NCBI GenBank assembly: GCA_965248145.1
Contig: OZ252091.1
Location: 2,626,649 to 2,690,648 of the forward strand
From: Gammaproteobacteria bacterium
GTDB lineage: Bacteria; Pseudomonadota; Gammaproteobacteria; Eutrophobiales; Eutrophobiaceae
DNA: 64,000 nt
Reading direction: 5' to 3'
Positions 48,161 to 57,288 of the stretch are shown in pieces. The notes beneath the pieces were generated by a model. It saw only the letters and a program-made list of their open reading frames with translations. It was not told where the DNA came from and did no database searches. How positions within the stretch are numbered: position 1 is the stretch's first letter; every line of letters begins with the position of its first letter. A program made the translations under genes and the position numbers.

Positions 48161-49135
48161 TCAGTCGGTCGAGCGCACAGGGGCGACCAGGTGAGCAAAA
48201 TGGTGATCTTCAGTGCATCCCTCCAGTGACTTTTCCACCTGAAGGGTAATATGGCCGATACCGAAATCATGGGAAACAATCTCCCGCAGGCGCAAACGCA
48301 GGTCTTCCATGTCATCCGGGTAGTCCGGATCGATGAGGACGTGCGCGGTGAGCGCCTCGTTGCCTGGAGAGAGTGTCCAGACGTGGATGTCATGGACGAG
48401 GGTGACGCCTTCCACCGCTTCCAGTTTGCTGCAAAGATCATACACGTCAATATGTTCGGGCGTACCCTCGAGCAATACGTGAACGACCTTTGCCAGCAGG
48501 CGCCAACTGCTGATAAGTATGAGAAGAGCAATGATCACACTGGCAATGGGGTCGGCAAGCGTCCAGCCGAAAACCAGGATAAGAGTACCTGAAACAACGA
48601 CGCCCACCGACCCCAGCAGGTCCGCGATAACATGCATAAAGGCACCCTCAACATTGAGGTTATGCTCGGAAGAACCATGGAGGATCCAGGCTGCGGCGAT
48701 ATTGACGCCAAGACCGATGATGCCTATGCTCAGCATCAACTCGCCTTTTACCTCAGGTACGGATGTGAAGCGGTCATAGGCCTCGACTATCACCCAGGCC
48801 GCGATTAGCCAGAGGGCCAGTGCATTCAGCAAGGCTGCCAGTATCTCAAGCCGGTGATAACCAAAGGTGCGTTGCACGGAGAAAGGTCGCTCGGCAAACA
48901 GCATGGCGACCAGGGCCAGTGCAATGGTTGCCGCGTCGGTAAGCATGTGTCCCGCATCAGCGAGCAGCGCCAGACTGCCGGACAGCACACCGCCGATAAC
49001 CTCAACGAACATAAAACCGGCGATCAAAATAAAGGCAGCGATCAGGCTCCGCTTGCCGGCATTGCGCAACTCATGGGAATGATCATGTTTGCCCGGACCA
49101 TGGTGACCATGGTGGCTGTGACTATGACCTTTCAT
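48161..49135 (-). CDS. Cation diffusion facilitator family divalent-metal efflux transporter (CzcD/ZitB-like).
   Basis: His-rich N-terminus MKGHSHSHHGHHG, six TM segments with the CDF signature, and a C-terminal cytoplasmic domain. Confidence 0.85.
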   Translation of the reverse strand: MKGHSHSHHGHHGPGKHDHSHELRNAGKRSLIAAFILIAGFMFVEVIGGVLSGSLALLADAGHMLTDAATIALALVAMLFAERPFSVQRTFGYHRLEILAALLNALALWLIAAWVIVEAYDRFTSVPEVKGELMLSIGIIGLGVNIAAAWILHGSSEHNLNVEGAFMHVIADLLGSVGVVVSGTLILVFGWTLADPIASVIIALLILISSWRLLAKVVHVLLEGTPEHIDVYDLCSKLEAVEGVTLVHDIHVWTLSPGNEALTAHVLIDPDYPDDMEDLRLRLREIVSHDFGIGHITLQVEKSLEGCTEDHHFAHLVAPVRSTD

Positions 49136-49983
49136 ACCCAGATCCCAATCGCTGCCATACTGGCCAGGCCAACGAATATCAGCGCGAACTTGAATATGCG
49201 ATCCGTATCATGCGAAGGCATTGCCACGTCATCGTCCCCGAGTAACGAACTCCGTACGAAATGCGCAATGCGGTCATCGATCCTGGACATCTCAGCATTG
49301 ATGATATCCAGGATGGCTATGTAAATAAAGGTCCCTGCAGCCAGCGCGTTGAAACTCCCTTCGATCAACAACGCGGCTCGCCCTTCAAAAAAGCCGGAGG
49401 CCACCGTACCGAGCACGATCCCCAACGGCGTCATCAGGACAAAGATAGTCAAGACTGTCCATAAGCGTTTCCTGTCAGCGCCTGAGGCATGCACGCTGAC
49501 CATCAGGGCAAAGGCAGCTGATCCCTTGTGGAACAGGATGGCTAGCATGACCAGCAAGGAAGCAGCCACTTCAGCCTCAAGCCCAAGGGCGATGCCGGCG
49601 ATAATGGAGTGGATAGACAGTACCACAAGCAGAATTAAAGGGTAGATGGGCTGGTGAGTCTCCTCGCCCTGCCCCGGATCGAGCGTACGGTTGGTTTCGA
49701 ACAGAACACGGTCGATAAGCAGCAGCACGAGCACGCCGACTGCCGCCAACAACGGCGCAAGCGGGTAGTCGATCAACTCCTCAAGCGCTTCGCCGGCTTC
49801 AGGTAGCAGGTGAATGAACCCGGCGCCGAGAAAGATACCGCCTGCCAGGGCATTGCCCATCGACATAAAGCGGCGGCTTGTGTCGTGACGGGCAACCAGG
49901 AGCGGGATGATACCTCCGACGATACCCATAACGAGAATCGCTAAAGCGGCAACGACCTTGATCGCAAATAATGACGTGATCAT
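49132..49983 (-). CDS. ZIP-family metal cation transporter (ZupT/GufA-like).
   Basis: Eight TM segments with the HSIIAGIALG...HKGSAAFAL ZIP motifs. It overlaps the CDF gene by 4 nt. Confidence 0.7.
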   Translation of the reverse strand: MITSLFAIKVVAALAILVMGIVGGIIPLLVARHDTSRRFMSMGNALAGGIFLGAGFIHLLPEAGEALEELIDYPLAPLLAAVGVLVLLLIDRVLFETNRTLDPGQGEETHQPIYPLILLVVLSIHSIIAGIALGLEAEVAASLLVMLAILFHKGSAAFALMVSVHASGADRKRLWTVLTIFVLMTPLGIVLGTVASGFFEGRAALLIEGSFNALAAGTFIYIAILDIINAEMSRIDDRIAHFVRSSLLGDDDVAMPSHDTDRIFKFALIFVGLASMAAIGIWV

Positions 49984-50049
49984 AGCTACTTCCTAGACAT
50001 CATCTGTGTATTGTATCAGAGTAATTACAGCGGCGCTCTTCTACCCGTA

Positions 50050-50225
50050 TCCGACGCCGCTCGTTAGTTCTGGGTAGTTCTGGGGACACGGGGTAGTTCT
50101 GGGGACACTAGTTCTGGGGACACAATACTTGGGTAGTTCTGGGGACACAATACTTAATTTCCAATTAGTTCTGGGGACACAATACTTAATTTCCAATTAG
50201 TTCTGGGGACACAATACTTAATTTC
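50050..50225. repeat. Array of 6 direct REP-like units (TAGTTCTGGGGACAC[AATACTTAATTTCCAAT]) immediately upstream of the RAYT gene.
   Basis: Direct reading. The same REP consensus (GTTCTGGGGACACAATACTTAATT) occurs singly or in inverted pairs at about 43030, 43140, 44585, 44640, 50910, 51800-51920, 52365, 56000 and 56130. Confidence 0.75.
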
Positions 50226-50239
50226 GGTATACTGTTAAT

Positions 50240-50908
50240 ATGGCAAGACTGACAAGGATCGTTCTACCCGGTTATCCCCACCATGTGACCCAGCGGGGCA
50301 ACCGTCGCCAGGATGTATTTTTTTGTGACGGCGATTTGCAGGCTTATCTGACTCTACTCAAGCAATGGTGCGCCAGGGAGTCGGTGCAGGTCTGGGCGTA
50401 CTGTCTGATGACCAACCACGTCCATCTGATTGTCAAACCGGAAGAAGGTTCCAACCTTAGCCGGGCCATCGGGGAGACACACAGGCGTTACACAAGGATG
50501 ATAAATTTTCGGGAACAATGGCGCGGCTATTTGTGGCAGGGTCGGTTTGCTTCCTTTGTGCTGGATGAACCGTGGTTGCTGCAGGCGGTTGCGTATGTGG
50601 AATATAATCCGGTGGCGGCGGGGATGGTAGCTCGGCCCTGGGATTATCGTTGGAGTAGCGTCCATGCCCATTTGGCTGGGGAGGACTCTCTGGGGATAGT
50701 GGAGGTAGCTCCGTTACTTGATTTAGTTGGGGGCGACTGGCAGGCCTACTTGAGTTCGTACAAGGTAGATGGGGACGGGAACTTTGCAACCCATGAGCGC
50801 ACGGGCAGACCTTTGGGGGATGAGGGATTTATTGACAGGATTGAGAGTGCGTTGAGCCGGGTGGTGAGAAAGAAAAAACCGGGGCCAAAACAACGGCAGG
50901 ATAATTAA
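50240..50908 (+). CDS. REP-associated tyrosine transposase (RAYT, IS200/IS605 Y1 HUH family).
   Basis: The HUH motif MTNHVHLIV and a downstream catalytic-Tyr region. Length 222 aa. It is flanked by REP arrays. Confidence 0.8.
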   Translation: MARLTRIVLPGYPHHVTQRGNRRQDVFFCDGDLQAYLTLLKQWCARESVQVWAYCLMTNHVHLIVKPEEGSNLSRAIGETHRRYTRMINFREQWRGYLWQGRFASFVLDEPWLLQAVAYVEYNPVAAGMVARPWDYRWSSVHAHLAGEDSLGIVEVAPLLDLVGGDWQAYLSSYKVDGDGNFATHERTGRPLGDEGFIDRIESALSRVVRKKKPGPKQRQDN

Positions 50909-50999
50909 GTATTGTGTCCCCTGAATTAATTAAAACTATAGTACCTGATAATACAGAATTTTCTTGAAATTATAACACCTAGTATTATATATTGATTGT

Positions 51000-51416
51000 A
51001 TGAGTAATGGCATGGAAAGCCCAAAAACCAGGATTTTCAAGAACAAGCGGTTTTGTCGCTTCGCCCGGAAGGAGGGAATTGAGGACGCTGACGTGTGTGA
51101 GGCGATCAGCAATGCCGATAAAGGGCTGATAGATGCCGACCTCGGTGGTGGCCTGATCAAGCAAAGGATCGCGGGATCTAACAAAGGAAAGTCAGGTGGA
51201 TACAGGTCGATTATCCTGTTTCGCTCCAGCGATAAGGCTTTCTTCGTGTACGGTTTCGCGAAGAGCGAGCGAGACAACATTAAGAAAGATGAACTGATAG
51301 GCTTCAAGGATCTGGCGGATGAAATGTTTGGTTATGGCGAGTCCGCACTTGCCAAGGCCCTGAAGAGCGGAGCAATCGTAGAGGTAAAATGCAATGAAAA
51401 AGAATTATCGAAGTGA
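51000..51416 (+). CDS. Type II toxin, RelE/HigB-like (toxin-first module).
   Basis: 138 aa with the ...KSGGYRSIILFRSSDKAFFVYGFAKSERDNI... core typical of HigB-2/RelE-fold toxins. It is followed by an overlapping HTH antitoxin gene. Confidence 0.5.
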   Translation: MSNGMESPKTRIFKNKRFCRFARKEGIEDADVCEAISNADKGLIDADLGGGLIKQRIAGSNKGKSGGYRSIILFRSSDKAFFVYGFAKSERDNIKKDELIGFKDLADEMFGYGESALAKALKSGAIVEVKCNEKELSK

Positions 51417-51711
51417 CGTCCTCGGTGCGATCCATGAGACTGCCTTGGATCTCCATGACGCTGGCGTCATGGACAAGCGCACGCTACGTAAATTCGACAA
51501 TATGTGCCTGACCCCGGTGCGTACAATGAATCCGGAGGAAATTCGTGCGCTTCGCAGGCGTGAGCATGTGAGTCAAGCCGTCTTTGCGATATACCTGAAC
51601 GTTTCCAAGGGAGTGGTCAGCCAGTGGGAGCGCGGTGAGAAGCATCCTGCCGGAGCGTCTCTCAAGCTCCTGTCCCTGGTTCAGGAGAAGGGGTTGGATG
51701 CTATCGCATGA
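51394..51711 (+). CDS. HTH XRE-family antitoxin (HigA/NadS-like).
   Basis: 105 aa. The C-terminal HTH VSQAVFAIYLNVSKGVVSQWERGEK is classic for COG2944-type antitoxins. It overlaps the toxin gene by 23 nt. Confidence 0.65.
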   Translation: MKKNYRSDVLGAIHETALDLHDAGVMDKRTLRKFDNMCLTPVRTMNPEEIRALRRREHVSQAVFAIYLNVSKGVVSQWERGEKHPAGASLKLLSLVQEKGLDAIA

Positions 51712-51754
51712 CCTGCCCCCCTACGCTGTTGACGGGCCAATTTACGGGGAGGAG

Positions 51755-51930
51755 GTCACGGGTGGTGAGAAAGAAAAAACCTGGGCCAATACAACGGCAG
51801 GATAATTAAGTATTGTGTCCCCATAATTTTTGCATAATTTTTGACGGCAGGATAATTAAGTATTGTGTCCCCATAATTTTTGGTGTCCCCATAATTGCCA
51901 GTATTGTGTCCCCAGAATTGTTCCAGAATT
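51755..51930. repeat. Degenerate copies of the RAYT 3'-end plus REP units.
   Basis: CGGGTGGTGAGAAAGAAAAAACCTGGGCCAATACAACGGCAGGATAATTAAGTATTGTGTCCCC matches the end of the RAYT CDS (50860-50925) and is then repeated. Confidence 0.6.
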
Positions 51931-52006
51931 GATTTATATCGGCTTCTTAAAACGTATTAACCAAGCCGATTTTTGATGGCTGAGTTCATAGTGCTATTAT
52001 GCAGAT

Positions 52007-52333
52007 ATGTCCGAAATCCTGAAGAATCTACCCGTGGGTAGCTATGCTGTAGTATTCCCGTCGATTAGCAGCGGCGTCGATGAAGGGGGACACGAAAAAA
52101 TGCTTGCTGAATTGTACGGTCGTGTCCAGGATATAGAGGGTTTCCTGGGTCTGGAAGCTGCCTCAGACAGTCCATTCAAACTTGCTGTTGCATATTTTGA
52201 TTCTCTTGAGTCCATAAATACCTGGAGACAAAATAGCGAGCATATTGCTGCCAAGAACAAAGCCCGTTCCACCTGGCTGGAAGACTGGCAGATAAGAATT
52301 TGCAAAATTGAGAATATCTACGGAAAATCGTAA
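52007..52333 (+). CDS. Small ferredoxin-fold protein, possibly antibiotic-biosynthesis-monooxygenase (ABM)-like.
   Basis: 108 aa. Weak similarity to ABM/Dabb-fold stress proteins. Confidence 0.35.
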   Translation: MSEILKNLPVGSYAVVFPSISSGVDEGGHEKMLAELYGRVQDIEGFLGLEAASDSPFKLAVAYFDSLESINTWRQNSEHIAAKNKARSTWLEDWQIRICKIENIYGKS

Positions 52334-52403
52334 CTGTTTTCTGCTCAAGTCGGAGTTTTGGAGTTCTGGGGGAGTTCTGGGGACACAATTATTCATTTCC
52401 AGA

Positions 52404-54671
52404 TCAAAACCTGAATGTATGTCCCAACCTGATTATCGCTTGTGTCCTGTCCGGATCAAAATCACCTGGAAAACTGCTGCTTTCCAGATCTGCAGTTTGA
52501 TCCACGGCCACGAAGATTTCGGTTTGTGGTTGGGGAAACCAGCGAAACCTGCTTGAAAAGGAAAACCTCTCTGAAATATTATCGTACTGCATCTGCGTAT
52601 CAATTTGCATGTCAGGACTGAAATTAATACTACTGTCCAGCGAACCAATGTGAACTGTCAGGTCCCCGGTCGGCAAGTCAAACTTTTCCATGTCATAACC
52701 GGCCGTTAACCGGAGATGTTTTGAAATCCTGAATTCCAGGGAAGAATTCAAGGCAAGATAGTCTCCATCGTATATGCTGCAGCACACCACTCCAAGCTCT
52801 GCAATTACTTTTCTTGAGTCTGTAGAAATCAGCGATGCGTCAAATTGGTTGAAATGGTAATCACCTACAGGTACAGGAAGCTTTCCGGCTATCAGGAAAG
52901 GCTGATTGATTACCTCCCGTAAATTGCTGGCTTTAATTTTAAACTCATCTCCAATTTGATTCTCAAGCGTACTGACTAAAGTCAATTTATGGCTTTCCAT
53001 GTCATTATCCAGATCAGTTATAACATTGCCTATAACGCCGGCTTCCCACCATCGAACCCAGCTGTCTTCAAACCGCTTTCTTCTAATATAATCCCCATGG
53101 TAATCGCGAATGTTGCGACGATTGACAAAACCCAGGGCAGGGTCAAAATGATTTCCTATCTCCTTCCCACTGATAAACCAGCGTAATAAATCATTGGGAT
53201 AACCCACAATAAAACCGAACATATCATCATCTTTTCCTGCAGCAGGACCGTTGAGATCGTCAGAAAAGCTACGTTGGTAGAACACGTCGGCAAGCAAACG
53301 ACCCCCGAAGTAAGGTATATTGGAATTCCTGTACTTGAAGTCAAACCCTGCTACGGTGTTTTTTCCACTCCCATCCGGGTCGCCATTCGTTAATATTGCT
53401 CCCAGGCGCGACTCTTCCAGTACGTCTGCAGATACCCTGGCAACGCTGAGTGTCTTCCCACCGATATTGTCCGTTTTATCCATTCTTACGCTCAGTGCAC
53501 CTACATTCAGGTTCCCGATTCGACCGGACAATTTTCCACCCGCGATGAGATCCACAACCCCCTCATTTACGATACCGATTCTACGGGTAAAGAACGGCAA
53601 TCCATTTGCAACTGTGTTTGGCGGGGTGAGCGCCGCACCGCCAAATTCAAAAATTACTCTATCCTGCAGAAAGAAATCCCTTGTCTCCGGAAAAAACAGT
53701 GAAAATCGACCCGTATTGACCTGCCGTTCATCGAGTGGAGAATCTGAAAAATCCGTATTAAGCGTTACAGTTCCCGTGAGGGATGGCGTTATTTTGTAGA
53801 ATACATTTCCGCTGACCTCCGGAGTAAAACTGTCATCCCGAGGTCGCTGCATCCAGTCTCTCTCATATCTCATCTTTCCAAACGCCTGCACATCCAGACC
53901 AAGGCCCCGATGGGTATCTCGTATTCCGGTCATTAAACCTATTTCTGAAACGTTGAGGGGGTTAAGGGATTGATCAATCTGAGACCATCTTACTGTTTCG
54001 TTTTTGTGCCGGATTTGTCGCATGATCTCGAAACCCCATTCATCGGCTTCAGGATCAAAAGATATACTGCGAAACGGAATTGCCATCTCCGCTACCCAAC
54101 CATCATCCGTACGCCTTGCTTCAACGTCCCAGATTGTGTCCCACTCCGGATAATAGTTGCTGTTATTTTCTAAAAGAACGTCCATTTGTGTACCCAGGGA
54201 ATTGACAATAAACATGAATGCATCCCTGGTGCTGTTGTACGGATCCAGATAAACACGAATATTGTCGTCCTGCCATAATTCGCGGTCCCGTTGCATAACG
54301 GTGGCTAAAACTTGATCAGGTTGAGAATCCTGGCAGTAAAATCCGAAATAAAGATTAGTTTCGTCATACGCCATATAGGCAATGGTGAGTTCGGAAGGCT
54401 GTGCGCCTTCAACTGGTTCCACCTGGTAAAAAGTGTCTATCCTGGTCGCCTTCGACCAGACATGATCGGAAAGATCACCATCAATTGTTGGTGCTTCTTC
54501 CTTGTCTATTCTTGTTATTTCAACCCTGGGCTCATAATTCTGAAGATTGATCGATATATCTTCCGCCATCAAAGGCAGACTTATAAATGCTATGGAAACT
54601 ACGAAATGCCTATTGAGAAGAGAGCTTAAGAACATAATTCGCTTCCGGGTGCTGTCGTTTACCGACAACAT
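52404..54671 (-). CDS. DUF5916-family outer-membrane protein with N-terminal carbohydrate-binding-module-9-like domain.
   Basis: Signal peptide. N-terminal CBM9-like block (…DGDLSDHVWSKATRIDTFYQVEPVEGAQPSELTIAYMAYDETNLYFGF…) followed by ~500 aa of barrel-like sequence. Confidence 0.55.
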   Translation of the reverse strand: MLSVNDSTRKRIMFLSSLLNRHFVVSIAFISLPLMAEDISINLQNYEPRVEITRIDKEEAPTIDGDLSDHVWSKATRIDTFYQVEPVEGAQPSELTIAYMAYDETNLYFGFYCQDSQPDQVLATVMQRDRELWQDDNIRVYLDPYNSTRDAFMFIVNSLGTQMDVLLENNSNYYPEWDTIWDVEARRTDDGWVAEMAIPFRSISFDPEADEWGFEIMRQIRHKNETVRWSQIDQSLNPLNVSEIGLMTGIRDTHRGLGLDVQAFGKMRYERDWMQRPRDDSFTPEVSGNVFYKITPSLTGTVTLNTDFSDSPLDERQVNTGRFSLFFPETRDFFLQDRVIFEFGGAALTPPNTVANGLPFFTRRIGIVNEGVVDLIAGGKLSGRIGNLNVGALSVRMDKTDNIGGKTLSVARVSADVLEESRLGAILTNGDPDGSGKNTVAGFDFKYRNSNIPYFGGRLLADVFYQRSFSDDLNGPAAGKDDDMFGFIVGYPNDLLRWFISGKEIGNHFDPALGFVNRRNIRDYHGDYIRRKRFEDSWVRWWEAGVIGNVITDLDNDMESHKLTLVSTLENQIGDEFKIKASNLREVINQPFLIAGKLPVPVGDYHFNQFDASLISTDSRKVIAELGVVCCSIYDGDYLALNSSLEFRISKHLRLTAGYDMEKFDLPTGDLTVHIGSLDSSINFSPDMQIDTQMQYDNISERFSFSSRFRWFPQPQTEIFVAVDQTADLESSSFPGDFDPDRTQAIIRLGHTFRF

Positions 54672-55028
54672 TTAAGCTTAAGAAGCTATAAGAATATATT
54701 AAAATAGAAAATAGTGCCTGGCTGGAGTAAAATACGTTATGTAACCTACTGATTTTAATCAAATAACCTTTTTGATTATTTTATTTCTCTACGATTTTAC
54801 TAAGGTAATTTTATCGATCAGTAATTGGCTACTTTCCAACCACCGTTGGGCGAGCATACAACCCAGGAGTGGCCCGAAAAATGCGGTGTAGTAATTGATA
54901 AAAGCAACAAAATTTGCACCCTTCGTAATTCAGAACAAAATTAAGTGCAAGCCGTACACCGTTCGACCAGGCTAGGTCCGGCGGGTTTGCACCATAACCA
55001 ATCAAGTCTCTTTCTGACGAGTAAACCA

Positions 55029-55553
55029 TTATGGATCCATCTGCTTATGCTGCTCTGCCGTGTCAGTGGGCAGCACAACTTCAAACGGCGCGTCAATATC
55101 AAGAAACTCTTCGTCACCGCTGCTACCATCGCACCACATTAAAACAGCCATCTCGGTTGTCTCATCGAGTACCGTCATGCCGTGGTGCCAGATACCGCGC
55201 CGATATGTAATACCCTGGTCACCCTCAGCCACAAAGGCCCTGACCCTGGCCAGATCCGGGCTACCATCGCCATTATCCGGTGCGACAACGACAAAATACC
55301 TGGAGGCCTTTAATGGTAAAAACGTCTGGCTTGAAAATGGGTGGCGTTCCATCACAGTCGCATGCAGGGGCAGCTTGTCAACAGGTTTTATCGTGGCGAT
55401 GGAAAGATCAACCCGTGCACCTGTGCGGGCGTTTTCGAGCAGATCATTAAAGAAATGACGGTTGCCTTCCGGCGGACTCTGAATTACTTCTCCAAATTCA
55501 GAAAAAGTGTCCGAATTCAAGGGCTCGGCAATGATTTGCGGTATACCGGTCAT
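55029..55553 (-). CDS. allA: Ureidoglycolate lyase (AllA).
   Basis: 174 aa. Block-by-block similarity to AllA, including ...HATVMERHPFSSQTFLP...FVVVVAP...GITYRRGIWHH.... Confidence 0.7.
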   Translation of the reverse strand: MTGIPQIIAEPLNSDTFSEFGEVIQSPPEGNRHFFNDLLENARTGARVDLSIATIKPVDKLPLHATVMERHPFSSQTFLPLKASRYFVVVAPDNGDGSPDLARVRAFVAEGDQGITYRRGIWHHGMTVLDETTEMAVLMWCDGSSGDEEFLDIDAPFEVVLPTDTAEQHKQMDP

Positions 55554-55562
55554 TTTATGGAT

Positions 55563-55958
55563 TTAGCCTGCCGTACCTCGAATACACTTTGTCTGATCGA
55601 TATCCAGCGTATCCATCGCCGTTATCACCACACCGTATTTATCCTGTGCCTCGCTACGGGAAATATAGCCATCCAGATAATCGTCCAGGACGCGGCTCGC
55701 AGCGCGCTCATAAGGATTACCATAACCGCCACCCGCGCCACCTATAGCAGTGTATCTATCCCCTGCCAATGCAGGCCGTGTTTGTAACATTGATGGTAAG
55801 TCTATTTGTTCGTCGTTTTTTCGTTTCAGGATCAACGCTGATGATACGCCATCGCTTCCACCAGCCCTGCTGGGAATGACCGTCACCTTCGGCGCTGACC
55901 GAGCCATCCAACGGTGTATAAGCCCTGTTAACTGTAAACCATGAATACTGTAGCGCAT
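55563..55958 (-). pseudogene. C-terminal remnant of a hydantoinase B / 5-oxoprolinase (HyuB-type) gene.
   Basis: Contains only the C-terminal signature ...AIGGAGGGYGNPYERAASRVLDDYLDGYISRSEAQDKYGVVI. It has no N-terminal ~450 aa, and the upstream side is replaced by REP / RAYT-3'-end remnants (55990-56100). Confidence 0.5.
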
Positions 55959-56278
55959 TCGGGGCGTAAGCTGAAGTTGAATCCACCTTCATTTATGATA
56001 ATTCATCGAATTCTGGGCGAATTCTGGGGACATAATACTTAATTCGTTTTTCGAGCCTATTTTTTCTTTCTCACACCCGACCCAACGCTCTCTCAAGACC
56101 AGGATGACCATACTGACAGAATGGCAAAATTAAATATTGTGTTCCTAGAACTCTAAAACTACATTAAAACACAATATAATCTATTTTTCTTTCCTTTTTA
56201 TGCTTTTCTTAGTAGTACTATATTAAAATTCATGATATTCTCTAAAAACGTTATCAATCTGAATTTTGATATAGTTAG

Positions 56279-57073
56279 ATGAGTAATCAGCCTTCAAAAA
56301 GACAACAGCGATTAGCGGCACTATTACGCGCAACATCCGGCACAATCCGAGTATCTGATGCTATGCGGATTCTGGGTGCTGACCGGCAACATGCATCCAG
56401 ATTGCTGGCGGGATGGCATAAACAAGGAGTTATCCGGCGCGTTGCACACGGTTTGTACGTTCCTGTCCAGCCATCTGCGCTAGGGCAAACCCAGGTGCTT
56501 GAAGACCCATGGGTGCTGGTGCCGGAGTTATACACGCCAGGCTACATCGGTGGTTGGAGTGCCTTGGAACACTGGGAGCTGACGGAGCAGCTTTTCAGGT
56601 CAATCTGTGTACTTACCAATAAGCGGGTCGCCTATGGTGCAACCACACATCAAGGTGTTAACTTTTTTATCAAATATGTTGCTGAAAGGCATTTGTTTGG
56701 CACAAAAACCATATGGCGAGAAAATGCGAAGATACAGATTTCAGACCCATATAAAACACTGTTAGATTGTATCGATCATTTGGACTTGGGTGCAGGTTTG
56801 CAACATGTAACAGATTGCTTGATCGAATTTACACGGGTGTTCGACAAACCTGGCGATCTTGATGCTTTGCTGAACTACGCTATTCAATTCAATAATGGTG
56901 CGTTGTTTAAAAAACTGGGTTATCTGGCTGAAACGCTTGAGTTCAATCCTTCTTTTATCAATGCATGCCGAGAACGCATAACATCGGGTTATGCCACTCT
57001 CGATAAAAAAGCTGAGAATAATCGATTGGTTACAAGGTGGAATTTATGGGTGCCAGGAGATAGGACGAAATGA
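56279..57073 (+). CDS. Type IV TA antitoxin, AbiEi family (transcriptional regulator).
   Basis: 264 aa with an AbiEi_4-type N-terminal wHTH (...IRVSDAMRILGADRQHASRLLAGWHKQGVIRRVAHGLY...). Confidence 0.65.
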   Translation: MSNQPSKRQQRLAALLRATSGTIRVSDAMRILGADRQHASRLLAGWHKQGVIRRVAHGLYVPVQPSALGQTQVLEDPWVLVPELYTPGYIGGWSALEHWELTEQLFRSICVLTNKRVAYGATTHQGVNFFIKYVAERHLFGTKTIWRENAKIQISDPYKTLLDCIDHLDLGAGLQHVTDCLIEFTRVFDKPGDLDALLNYAIQFNNGALFKKLGYLAETLEFNPSFINACRERITSGYATLDKKAENNRLVTRWNLWVPGDRTK

Positions 57074-57108
57074 TTGGAAAGGATGAAATTCTGGCATTTG
57101 CCGATGAG
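57071..57108 (+). pseudogene. AbiEii-type nucleotidyltransferase toxin gene, first ~13 codons (MIGKDEILAFADE), interrupted by the IS21-family insertion. It resumes at 59710 (TGLTPNVAEKD...) and is then truncated.
   Basis: Joining the two flanks across the IS gives MIGKDEILAFADETGLTPNVAEKD, a typical AbiEii N-terminus. The frame then diverges and runs into the convergent SRAP gene. Confidence 0.45.
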
Positions 57109-57288
57109 TGCATATTCCAGATGAAACCTGCCACTAATTCCATAGCAAGCCTGCCACCCATTCCACGCGAAAGCTGCCACCCATTCCAGAGCAAGTCTGC
57201 CACCCTGTAAAGCAGGATTAGGGAGACCTGTCGACGCAGGATAACATCACGGTATCCTGAGCTTTTCTCAACCAGGGGAGGAGTTCAG

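Noticed and set aside
50050-50225. Possible CRISPR array, suggested by the ~30-bp periodic repeats upstream of the RAYT gene.
   Set aside because: The 'spacers' are themselves repeated (AATACTTAATTTCCAAT), there are only about 6 units, and the consensus GTTCTGGGGACAC is shared with dispersed single copies. It sits beside a RAYT gene with no cas genes, so these are REP/BIME elements.
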